Assembly (NCBI GenBank): GCA_002269645.1
Contig: NIVC01002768.1
Coordinates: 1-64,000 of the forward strand
Direction: 5' to 3'
Length of the DNA stretch: 64,000 nt
Source of the DNA: Macrostomum lignano
Taxonomy: Eukaryota
Part shown: positions 19,962 to 31,342 of the stretch, one piece after another
How the letters are laid out: every line of letters starts with the position of its first letter
How positions within the stretch are numbered: the stretch's first letter is position 1
Program-made: the position numbers and the translations under genes
Notes under the pieces: generated by a model
What the model was told of the DNA's origin: nothing
The model's input: only the letters and a program-made list of their open reading frames with translations
Database searches by the model: none

Positions 19962-22900
19962 GCGGAAGGTGGTCTAGGGCTGCCTATGCAGGCAGTCCAA
20001 GAACCTAGCCACCAGATCGCCATCGGCCAAGTCCTCCAGTTGGTGTAGGTCCGTCGCGTGCCGAGCTCCGGCCAGGGCCGGACATTCGAGGAAGTGGTCC
20101 TTGTCTTCTAAGAGGTCGCACCGGAGGCATCTGCTATCCTCCCTAGTGCCTATTCGGTGCTGATAGTACGCCGTAGAGGGATCGTGACCGGCACGCATTT
20201 GAGCTATGGAAACCTGCAGCGCGCGAGGTCGAGCAGGCATCGAGGGGGTCTTGCTGTAGACCCTCCTCAGCCGGTCATTCAGGAGAGGCTTATAGTTGAT
20301 GAGACGGCGTATACGGCTTCGGGCGGCCTCGATGTCGATCCCTAGGAGATCCTGAAGGAGCAGACAGGCGTTCTTTGCCTCGGTGTCGGCTCTCTCGTTG
20401 CCAGGAGTCCCAGAATGACCTGGGATCCACTGCAGGACCACGTCGGCATGGCTCTCCACCTGCGTCAGCTTGCGCTTGAGCGACTCGAGCAGAGGGTTCA
20501 GGGAGTGCTGCCGACCTTTGAGCGCCGCGATGGCCGATTGACTGTCGGTGAGGATCAGGGCCGAGTCCTGCTTAGTCTCAAGGATGTGGTCCAGGGCGAG
20601 GTGCAGAGCTGAGAGTTCAGCTTGGAACGAGCTACACCAGCGCCCGGTAGCAGCTCCCTCAATCCAAACCACCTGGCCCGTAGTAGGGGCGACTGCCACA
20701 CAGGCTGCCCCTCCATTCTCCGTTCCTTCGGAAGCAGATCCGTCAGTGAAATAGTGGATCTTGCGGTCGCCCCATGATTTAATGGTGTCTTCCGTCGCTG
20801 ACCGCCTGGTCTCAGGCGGATCGTTCCTGGAGATCGGCTGAGTCAGGTGTTCGCAAAGGGTGACCCGATCCTCGATTCTCGGAAGCCAGGGCTTGTTTCT
20901 GATCCAGTTCGATTCCCGGCGTGGGCAATGCAGAATCTGCTCGGATTCCAGCTTGGCTTGATCCCGGAGACCTTTGTTAGCTTTGAGCCTGCGCCGGCCT
21001 TGGTCTTCGCAAAGGCTGCGCCAAGGGTCGTGGGCTGGCCGCCGGAGGGCCTTCTCGACAGCCAGTAGGGCTCTTCTGTGTCCTTCAACGGAAATGGGAA
21101 CGGTTTCGAGTTCGAGGTAGACGGCCTCCTCCGGAGCGGTTTTAGGGAGGCCGGCCACGATTCTGAGCGCTGCCCTTTGAGCCCGTTCGAGTTCGTTCAA
21201 CCGGCTTTTGGATAGCCAAGGTAGCCAGGCCGCAGCCGCGTGCCATATGACGGATTCGACCATGGCGGTGTACATACGCATCAGCAGCTTGCGGTCCCAG
21301 CCCCAGCTCCTTTGTGCTAGCGCTCTCACGATGTTGGTGCGCTTGGCCATCTTTTCTTTGACCGTTTTGACTTGTTGAGCAAAGATGAGTCCACGGTCAA
21401 TCCAGATACCGAGGTATTTGAGCGACTCCGTGAAGCGAAGTTGGGTGCCGGCTAGACGGAGATCTGGTGGCCGGTCAAAGTCGGCCCGGTTCCTAGAGAA
21501 GAGGCACGCCTGGGTTTTAGCTGGATGACCGAGATGCGGAGGTCTCTGGTCCAGGTTTCGATGAAGTCCAGGGCGCTCTGCAGCTTACTGGTGAGGTTCT
21601 GAATGCTACTGTCGGTAGTCCATAGGCAGAGGTCGTCTGCGAATCCTCCAAGTTGGACTTCAGTTTCAGGGAAGCCAGTCCAATCATTGACGTAAAGGAG
21701 GAAAAGAACCGGGGAGCACACCGCTCCCTGGGGAACTCCACTGGTGATGCGGCGCCACTTCCCGGTGGTGTTGCCGATTTTGGCACTGATGGTTCTACCT
21801 TCCAGAAAATTGGCTAGCCAATGCGTCATACGATCGGGCATGTCTTCGTCCATCATTCGATTAATGAGCTTGTCGTGCCACACCGTGTCAAAGGCTTTGG
21901 AGCAGTCGAGGGCGATAGCCGCGGTCTTTAGGGGAGGTTTGCGTTCCCACCCGTCTTGGATCGATTGGACCAGACGGGCGACCTGCTCCTCACAGCTGCG
22001 GCCTCTTTGGAAGCCCGCTTGCCAATGTTTGAGGATGTTGAAGGTCTCAATCCAGTGGAAGAGGCGGTCTAGGACCATGCGTTCCATTATCTTGGCGCAG
22101 ATCGAAGTGAGACTGACAGGTCTATAACTATCGCAGCTCTGCGGGTCTTTACCGTCCTTCAAGAGGGGCACTACTATAGCTTGTTTCCAGATGCCAGGAC
22201 AGTGGCCAATCTTCCAGTTACGGTTGAAGAGTTTGAGCCAGGCTTCCGTCCAGCTTTCTGGCAGGTGCTTGAAGAAGGCTGCCTCTATCTTGTCCGGCCC
22301 TCCTTTCTTGCTGATGTCCAGGTGGTCGATAGCTCTCACGAGTTCACTCTTGGTGAAGGGGGCGTCGTAGTCGCTGGCATGCGGGTGATAGGCACTCAGG
22401 CGAATGGAGGTGAGTTTCTTGTAGCGGCGATCACCCGGTTGTTGGTCGGGTCTGCAGACCTTGGCAAAGTGTCTGCCAAACGCTTCGGCCTTTTGTTTGT
22501 CAGTCTTACATTCTTTGCCCTGGACCAAGAGGGTCTCGTTGGGGGTCGCCCCGTTATTACCCGTGTTCAAACATTTAATGGTCCTCCAGACAGCCTTAGG
22601 GTCGGAGGAGGAGGAGATTTTGTCGAGGTACTCTCTCCAGAACTGAGCTTTCTTCTCAGCGCACCGACTGGTCAGCTCTTGGGTCTTCATGTTCCAGTCC
22701 TCGACCGGGCCTCCCCGTCTACGGAGGTTGTTTCTCTTATCTCTCAGCTGGGAAAGTTCCTCGTCCCAGAAGGGGCGGTTACGAGGGGAGACTTTCTTCA
22801 GCGGGATGGATTCATTGGCCGCTTGCTTCATAGTCGTACAGAGCCGGGCAATCTGCTGTTTAATAGTGCCGGTGTTCAGGTCAACAGAGTGCTCCTCAAG

Positions 22901-23065
22901 GTAGGAGTGATAGCGGTTCCAGTCGGCCTTCTTCCAGGCCCAGGAAAACCTGGGTTCTTTGGCCAGGGCCGGGCGGATACCATGAATCGTGATAAGAATC
23001 GGCTTATGGTCAGAACCCAGCTCCGGCAGGACAGTCCAAGAGCACCGCCCAGCTAGGGATCTGCT
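19962..23065 (-). mobile_element. I-group LINE (APE C-terminus, RT, RNase H, CCHC), 5'-truncated, copy B
   Basis: LGSDHKPILI, YRPVSLTS, GVPQGAVCSP, FADD; RNase H YFTDGS, TDSQSA, WIPGH..GNERAD; CLRC...H..C. One frameshift near 21515; (CAA)n tail. Confidence 0.93.
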
Positions 23066-23201
23066 ATTGTTGTTGTTGCTGTTGTTGTTGCTGTTGTTGA
23101 TTTTGCTGTTGTTGTTGTTGTTGCTGTTGTTGTTGTTGTCGTTGTTGCTGTTGTTGTTTTTGCTGTTGTTGTTTTTTCTGTTGTTTTTTTATTATTTTTT
23201 A

Positions 23202-23583
23202 TTAGAGGCAGGGGGGTTGTGTGCACCCTGGCGCACTTTCAGCGACATCATCAAACAACCGGCGAGAGGCATTACTGCCCATTCTGACGACTCCCCTGAG
23301 CAGGCACACAAGCTACGTACGCAGATATAAGATACGTACTGTACGCAGTCATACGCACAGGCACACACTCACACAGGAGTGTACAGCGGCCCTAACTTTA
23401 TTTATCGTTAGGCATGTACACTTCACTGCGCCTTGGGGGGTTGGCTCCCAAGGCCGTTAATTGCACGAGCAGAGCCAAGCCGAGATTCCAATTCAGCCCC
23501 AAATTAATGTGACTGCGCTTGGAATCGAGCCTGGGTCGCTGGCACACCAGAGCCTGCGCTAGACCGCTGGGCTACGGCCCCCC
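23202..23583 (-). mobile_element. tRNA-derived SINE, full length, inside the (CAA)n array
   Basis: Head GGGGGCCGTAGCCCAGCGG (A box) and GGCTCGATTCC (B box); body shared with copies at 28073 and 54186. Confidence 0.85.
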
Positions 23584-23611
23584 TTTTCGTTGTTGCTGTT
23601 GTTGTTGTTTG

Positions 23612-26272
23612 CGGTGAGCATCTCACAGGGCCCGCCAGTCGACGGCTCCCAGGAGCTGCGCCACCATGTCACCACGTGCAAAGTCGCTCAGATTAGTGAC
23701 GCCGTTGTTGCGTCAAATTGCTTCGAGCTTAGGGCAGGTCCAGAGGTGGAATTGGTCCGGGACATCCAGGCAAAGACGGTGATGTCGGTGCGGTTGCGAT
23801 AGTAGTTGGAGTCAGGGCAGTGGCCTGCTCTGACCTGCGCCACGAGGATTTGTTGGCGACGCGGTCCCTGATGGAAGGAGATCGTTTTACCATAGACCTC
23901 GGCCATGTGCCCTTGAAGGGTTGGGCGGTACTTGAGATGATGGCGGATGCGCTCTTTAGCAGCTGCAAGGGTAATTTCGGACTCGTCTTGAGGCAGTGTG
24001 GCCGCGAGCTTGGCCTCTACGTCGAATAGTTCGTTACCGGGCACTCCCGAATGTCCCGGAACCCATTGCAGGGTAATCTTCGTGTGCATGGCTGCGTTAG
24101 CGAGGAGATCTTTAACTTGCTCAAGCCGCAGGTTGAGGGTTGGACGGTCAGCTTTGATGGCGGCGATGGCGCTCTGGCTGTCGGTCAGTATGACGGCATG
24201 GCGCGGTTCGGAGCTGATAATGTCTTCCAGGGCGAGCTTGATGGCCATTAATTCGGCTTCGTAGGAGTTGCACCAGCGACCAGCTGCTGCGTGCCCGCGG
24301 CGACGGCTGGTGCCATCATGATCGAGGAGGATCCAAGCGGCTCCGCCGTTTTCGACCCCTCCGGTGGCCGAGCCATCGGTGTAGTAGGTGCAGGATCCTG
24401 GGCAGCGTTGCTCAATGGCTGCAAGAGCTTGTTCAGTCGAAATGGCTCCCAGGTCTGGCAGGTCGGTGAAACAGTTGATGCCCTGGTCGACGAGTGAGGT
24501 CCAGGGTGTACGGCGAGCAAGGTGGACGGGCATACGCGGGAGCGGCATCATGGAATCGCAGATGCGCCTCGCTTGTTCGCGCAGGCCTCTGAAGGCCGCG
24601 AGTCGGACGTTCGAGTGTTTTTCACAGATCTGGCGAAACGGGTCACTGAGAGGGCGACGGATGGCTTTCTCGTAGGTGAGCAGAGCACGCCTGCGGGCCT
24701 CAACGCTGATAGGGTCGACCTGAGCCTCCAGGTAAATAGCTTCCGTGGGGGTCGATCGTAGCAGGCCGGTGATGGTGCGCAACACCTCCCTTTGGGCGCG
24801 GTCAAGTTCATCCAGGCGAGTCTTGGACAACCAGGGCGTCCAGGCCGATGCAGCATGCCAGATCACTGACTCGACCAAAGCACGGTAGACTTTGAGGAGG
24901 AGGAGGCGATCCCATCCCCAATCCCGTTTTGCTAAAGCTTTGATGATGGCAGTTCGACGGAGCATTTTGTCCTTGATTTCGCTCAGATGTTTGTCGAAAA
25001 GAAGTCCGCGGTCAATCCAGACCCCGAGGAACTTCAGCGCCGGCTTACTGAGGATAGGACGCCCAAGCAACGAGAGATGAACGGTGGTGTCTCGATCGGC
25101 TCGGTTGCGAGAGAACAGGCAGTATTCAGTCTTTGAAGGGTTGAGTTCGATGCGAATATTTTTGGCCCACTTTTCGATAAGGTGGAGGGCCCTTTGAATG
25201 CGCTCACGGACATCTGTGATATTCCTGCCGGAGGCCCAGATGGCGAGGTCGTCCGCGTATCCACTGTAATCGACCTCTTGGACGATGTAGTCAGCCCAGG
25301 CGTTGATGTAGAGGAGGAACAGGACCGGGGAGCTGTCGGCGCCTTGCGGGACGCCCTCCCTGAGCCTGCACCATCTGCCGATGGTGCTGCCAATGCGGAC
25401 CGCGATCTGCCTGCCCTCCAGGAAGCTAGCAAACCATCTCACCATACAAGCCGGCAGTCCCTCATCCATTAGACGGGAGATAAGCAGGGTCCTCCAGACG
25501 CGGTCAAAAGCGCGCGAGCAGTCGATCAGAACTGCAAGGGTCTTCAGGTGCGAGGACTGTTCCCAACCGTCCTGGATGGCCTGGACCAGCCGGGCCACTT
25601 GCTCCTCGCAGCTGCGGCCACGCTGGAAACCGGCTTGCCAGGGAAGGATTTTATTGTGATGCTCCAGCCAGTGAAAGAGACGGTCTAGGATCAACCTTTC
25701 CAGGATTTTACAGCAGATAGAGGTGAGGCTGACGGGACGGTAGCTTCCACATTCTTTGGGGTCTTTCCCTTCCTTCAGCAGCGGGATGATGACGGCCTTT
25801 TTCCAATTTCCTGGGCAATGGCCGATGCTCCAGCAGCGATTAAAGATCTTCAGCCAGGCATTGAGCCAGGAATCAGGGAGATTGATGAAGAAAGCAGCTT
25901 CGATGCCATCAGGACCGCATTTTTTACCAGGATCGAGCTTGTCGATGGCCCTCCTCAGCTCTCCTGTAGTGAAAGGACGGTGGTAGTTCAGGTCGTCAGA
26001 GTGGTAATTAGCCAGCCTGTTGGCAGTGTTGACCTTAAACTTGCGGTCAGCAACGTCATGACGAAGGGAGCTGATGTCTTTGTAGTAGCGGCCGAAGGCG
26101 TTAGCCTTGTCTTTGTCGGTGCACAGTTAGCGTCCGTCAACAACCAGAATTTCATTGGGGTTCGACCCTTGTCCTCCGTTGTTGAGGCACTTGATTGTTC
26201 TCCAGGTCTGTTTGGGGTCGGAGGATTCTGACAGTTTGTGCACGTACTCCTTCCAGAACGCTCTTTTCTTGA
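23612..26272 (-). mobile_element. I-group LINE (RT, RNase H, CCHC), 5'-truncated, copy C, a diverged relative of B
   Basis: GVPQGADSSP, YADD, YYTDGS, WVPGHSGVPGNE. Premature TAA near 26128 and a 3' frameshift; (CAA)n tail. Confidence 0.92.
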
Positions 26273-26425
26273 GCTGTTGTTGCTGTTGTTGTTGTTGTTG
26301 TTGTTGTTATTGTTGCTGTTGTTGTTGTTGTTGTTGTTTTTGTTGTTGTTGTTTCTGTTGTTGCTGTTCCTGTTGCTGTTGCTGTTGTTGTTTTTGTTTT
26401 GTTTTTTCGCAATGCTGTTGTTGGC

Positions 26426-26886
26426 GCTGTCTGATTCGGGCAAACTCGGCTCACTAAAGTTGCAGGAACGCATTCCATAGCCGGCGACCGGCCTCCGGCT
26501 CGCGGTAGAGGTCGCTCAGGCTGGTCACGCCGAGCTGTCGTCGTTCCCGGTCCAGTGCAGGGCATTCTGTGGCCACGTGCACGTTCGTTTGTTCGCCAAG
26601 CTCGCAGTGCTGGCAGGTCGCCGATGTAGCAAGGCCGATGCGGTTTGCGTACGCCGCCAGCTTGGTACTGTGGCCAACGCGGAAGCGCACGTATTCGGCC
26701 CTCTCCGCCACCGGCCATCTGGCTTCGGTGCGCCACTTGGGGCCGCCGGCGCCGTACGTCGCCTCCGACCTGGCGTGCCTCCAGCCGCTGCGTCTCTGCA
26801 GGTGGGTCCTGATCTCCAGCTTAGCTGCTTCAGCCGTCCAGCCTGGTCCATCCGGGCCGTTTAGGGGGCGGCCCTTGGCCGCCATG
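26426..26886 (-). mobile_element. 5'-truncated LINE 3' end (CCHC), copy D
   Basis: RFRVGHSTKLAAYANRIG...CQHCELGEQTNVHVATEC; long (CAA)n tail at 26274-26425. Confidence 0.8.
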
Positions 26887-27138
26887 CTGTTGTTGTTGTT
26901 GTTATTGTTGTGCTAATCTAAACTGTGACAGGATGAACTTTAATTCTGTATTGGAAATTGTTAGGACAACGCGTAGTTTGCACTCGTGAAAGAAGAAACA
27001 AGTTTTTTCAGCGTTTGTTAAATTTGTTGTTGTTCGGTGCTTGTTTATTTGAGTGAGAAAATAAACATTTGAAACATTTTAATCCAACAAAAATTTGTTA
27101 TTTTTCTTGTCAAAAATAAAAATCAATCAATCTGGCGC

Positions 27139-30100
27139 TCACCACTGAGCATCGCTGCTCAGCGGGTCCGCGACGATTCTCTGATGGATTTCCAAGAACA
27201 GCGGCACGTAGGTTAAAAATTCCAGGAAATCAATGTGGCCTTTCTTCTCGCGTGTCAGCTTGCGCATCACCTGATTGAATAGGGGAATAATATTGTTTAT
27301 AATAAATCTGCGTTAATCTCTACTTTTTAGTACTGGGTAGAGCGTGACTTTTCTGTTCGATTCCTGTTTAACCCTCTTCTGTGTGCGTTGCGTTTTTCAA
27401 TCCACACAGTCCCTGAATCAGTGGTCTCCTCTCCCATCCCAGTCCCTGAATCACCCACCCCAGTCCCTGAATCACCCACCCCAGTCCCTGAATCATCCAC
27501 CCATCCGTCCCTGAATCACCCACCCCAGTCCCTGAATCACCCACCCCAGTACCTAATTCACCCACCCCAGTCCCTGAATCACCCATCCCAATCCCTGAAT
27601 CACCCACCCCAGTCCCTGAATCACCCACCCCAGTCCCTGAATAACCCACCCCAGTCCCTGAATCACCCTCCCCACACCCTTAATCAGCTTTCCCAGTCCC
27701 TGAATCAGTGGTCTCCTTTCCCACCCAGCCCCTGAATCAGTCCCCAAATTCCTAGAATCTTACCGATCCAAAATGTTCGTCCTTGAGATTTCCAGCCAGG
27801 AGTTCCACTGCCAGGCCCTCGATTGGAATGCAGCCGGGAGGCGCGGTGCCGCCCGACTCCAGCAGGTGGAACAGCTCTCGACACCGGTCGATCTTGAAGT
27901 CCAGAGCGTCGAAGTCAACCTTGTTGACCAGCTTGCGGAGCATCGGTCTGCGAAAGGCGATTTGGAAGTTTTATGGGACTTTGTGCGCATTCTGACATCC
28001 GGAAGGTCAGTGAGTCTTAGGCGTGTATTATAACTTGGCGTCCTGGAGTTGGTGAGCTGTCGGTTTAGTTAGTTGGAGGCAGGGGGAGGCTGTGCGCACC
28101 CTGACGCACTTTCTGCGACATTGTCGCACAACCGGCGAGAGGCATTACTGCCCATTCTGCCGACTCCCCTGAGCAGGCACACAAGCTACGTACGCAGATA
28201 TAAGATAAGTACTGCACGCAGTCATACGCACAGGCACACACTCACACAGGAGTGTACAGCGGCCCTAACTTTATTTATCGTTAGGCATGTACTCTTCACT
28301 GTGCCTTGGGGGTTGGCCCTCAATGGCGTTAATTGCACGAGCAGAGCCAAGCCGAGATTCCAATTTAGCCTCAAATTAATGTGACTGCACTTGGAATCGA
28401 GGGTTGGTTTTTTTGTATTGTTCAGAATCGACTGAGCCCTCTTGTGGCTCGCTTCCATCCCGGGGCTTTTAGGGATCCAGTATATATATGGTAGGCTCTT
28501 ATTTTCGAATTTATATAAGCTCTGAGCTCCCCTCCCGCATCCGCCCGCTCACTCCAGCTGCACAATCTTCTCGCTGAGCGCCGCCACAATGCTGAATAGT
28601 CGGAAGTTCAGGCGGCAATGGCCTGGCAGTCTCAGCAGGCGGTGCACGTACTGCAGCTCGCGCCGGCTGATCAGGTGGCCGTTCACTTCGCTGAGCGCCT
28701 GCTCCAGCATCTCCGAGTTCAGCTCCAGATCGATGTCCGGCCGCAGCTTCTGGTAGATCAGCGACTGCTCCCTGCGGAAGGCTTCGTCCTCAGCGACGGC
28801 TATCGACTCCTCCACTTCAACGAGGCCACCGCCGCTAGTGGGAGGAGCGCGCGGCCGACGCCGCAGCTGCTGCCTGAGGAGTTCGCGGCTGCCCAGGGCG
28901 GCCAGCTGGCGGATGGCCTCTCGGGTGTCGGCCAGCCGACTGTCCACGTGTTCAGCCAGCTGGCGGCACCGCTCCAGCCGGGCCGCCTGGCGCTGCGCCT
29001 CAGGCATCGCCTCGATTGTTGCCAGCTGCCTTGGCGTCAGCAGCCGATGAGCGGCCATCGGTGCTGGCGGAGTCGCTTGCGATGTACTTTTATGATCAGC
29101 GCCATGGCTGGCCCGCGCCACTGCTGCTAGCACCGGCGCCAGGACCTCGTGATAGCGCTCCAGCGCCAGGCGGGACAGCAGCGCCTCGCGCTCCGCTTCG
29201 AGCTCCGCCGCCTCGGATTGATGGCGCTGCTGTCTCTCCAGCAGCCGATTAAAGATGAAGCGCTGCTTGGACAGCTCGGAGTCGCAGGGGCAGCGGAGCT
29301 TTTAGGAGCAGCGGAGAATGTGAGGGCCAGGATTTGATTGCTTTGATATTTAGAGAGACTCAGCAGCTCATTTAGCGCAATCCACCGATTGACTCACCGA
29401 TTCGCTGGCCGACGCGGTGCCGAGCTGACCGATCTGCAGTTTCCTGGTCAGCCGCGCGAGCTCCGCCTCGGTCAGGGCGCCGCCAACACGGGACTGCAGC
29501 TGGCGGTGGTACAGCTCCTCGGTTGACAGCTCTGCCATTGATGGGCCTCCGTCAGTGGCGGCCGGTGCCATTGGCGAGGAGGAGCTCGCCGAAACTGCGG
29601 CGCGCCGTCCGGATGCCGCCGATCCCGTCGTCGAGGAGCTTTCCCTGGTCTTGGCGGAGGCGGCAACCGCTCTTTCTGCCGCGGCCAGCTCCGCCTGCTC
29701 CGCAATGTCCCTGTAGGGCTCGTATCGGAACGGTTGCTTAGCAACAACCCGTCGGAAAACCGCCTCGTAAGCCGGCAGCCGGTGCGCGTGCACGATGCAG
29801 TAGCGGGAGAGAAAGTCCAGCGGCGAATCCGACAAAGCGGACGCCGAGTCCTCCGTCGAGTTCTCGGTGGAAGCCGCCCGAGCTGGGAGCTGCGGAAGCC
29901 GCCTGGACTTTGGTCGCGGTGGCGGCGGCGGTATTCTCGGGGTTCGGCCGTGACCAGCCAGCCTGGAGAATTGAGCGCGGCGCCAGGCTTTGTAAGATTT
30001 TCTGCTTCTGCTGCCAAGGAGAGCCGGCAGTCTGCTGCTCTGACTGACTGTCTGCATCTTCCTCTCCTTCCTGCTGTTGCTGCTTTTGCAGTTTCTGCTT

Positions 30101-30140
30101 CTCCCGGCGCTGCTCTGTGCAAATTTCAGCTGTTTCAATA
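27139..30140 (-). CDS. Multi-exon host gene, uncharacterised protein with C-terminal EF-hand-like segments
   Basis: Exons 27139-27270, 27764-27947, 28556-~29300 and ~29397-~30140. GT-AG junctions are in phase at the last two introns (QLE|PMLRK; FGS|VMRK...[18 protein letters not shown]). 5' structure is uncertain. Confidence 0.65.
27410..27740. repeat. 21-bp minisatellite (CCAGTCCCTGAATCACCCACC) in an intron
   Basis: Direct reading. Confidence 0.9.
28073..28401 (-). mobile_element. tRNA-SINE copy, head truncated, intronic
   Basis: Closely matches 23202-23530. Confidence 0.85.
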
Positions 30141-30534
30141 TTTACGCGTGCCCTTCTGCTTTTAGTGAAAATACGCGTTGCACCCAGTTGCTATGGACTC
30201 GTCTGTAGACTATTTATTTCTCAGCTTCTGCCTCTCCGGCAGGAAATCGATAAGCTAAAAGCATTCTAGTTCTTGCTTAGCAGGCCAGCGGAGAAGCGCC
30301 TAGGCAAATCTTTTTCTTGTCTTAGGCAGGACAATAGCCAGAACAAAGTTTCTTTGCATGACAGCAAAGACAAAGGAGCTGGTCGAATTTCTGGGCAGCT
30401 TTCTTCTTGATGTTGGAATCCTCTTTATGCTGTCTGAGTCTCATTTTCAGAGATCTAGCTTGGGGAATGCAACCGTAAAAGTGCTTACCGCTGTCAGGTG
30501 GTGAGGAATCAGGGGCATTGGGGGAATTGCGACA

Positions 30535-31285
30535 GGGAACCGGGATAACAATGGGGAACCGGGGATTAACAATGGGGAACCGGGGATTAACTATGAGGAA
30601 CCGGGGATTAACTATGGAGAACCGGGGATTAACAATGGGGAACCGGGGATTAACAATGGGGAACCGGGGATTAACTATGAGGAACCGGGGATTAACAATG
30701 GGGAACGGGGATTAACTATGAGGAACCGGTTATTAACAATGAGGAACCGGTAAATTACAAGGCTGGGAACCGGTGATTAACTATGAGGAACCGGGGATTA
30801 ACAATGGGGAACTGGTGATTAACAATGGGGAACCGGTGATTAACAATGGGGAACCGGTGATTAACAATGGGGAACCGGTGATTAACAATGAGGAACCGGG
30901 GATTAACCTGAGGAACCGGTGATTAGCAATGAAGAACCAGTAAATTATAAGACTGGAAACCAGTGATTAAAAATGAGGAACCGGTAATTAACAATGAGGA
31001 ACCGGTGATTAACAATGAGGAACCGGTTATTAACAATGAGGAACCGGTTATTAACAATGAGGAACCGGTGATTAACAATGAGGAAACGGTGATTAACAAT
31101 TAGGAACCGGTGATTAACAATGAGGAACCGGTGATTAACAATGAGGAACCGGTGATTAACAATTAGGAACCGGTGATTAACAATTAGGAACCGGTGATTA
31201 ACAATGAGGAACCGGTGATTAACAATTAGGAACCGGTGATTAACAATTAGGAACCGGTGATTAACAATGAGGAAACGGTGATTAC
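30535..31285. repeat. ~21-bp minisatellite (AACAATG(G/A)GGAACCGG(G/T)GATT)
   Basis: Direct reading. Confidence 0.92.
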
Positions 31286-31342
31286 ATGTCGCAGAGAAAG
31301 TTGCAAAATGATATTATAGTGAATAATTCGCCCCTAAGCTTG

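Noticed and set aside
17972-26916. Antisense and alternative-frame ORFs over LINEs and the lectin exon
   Set aside because: Shadow ORFs of GC-rich coding sequence, or translations of (TTG)n.
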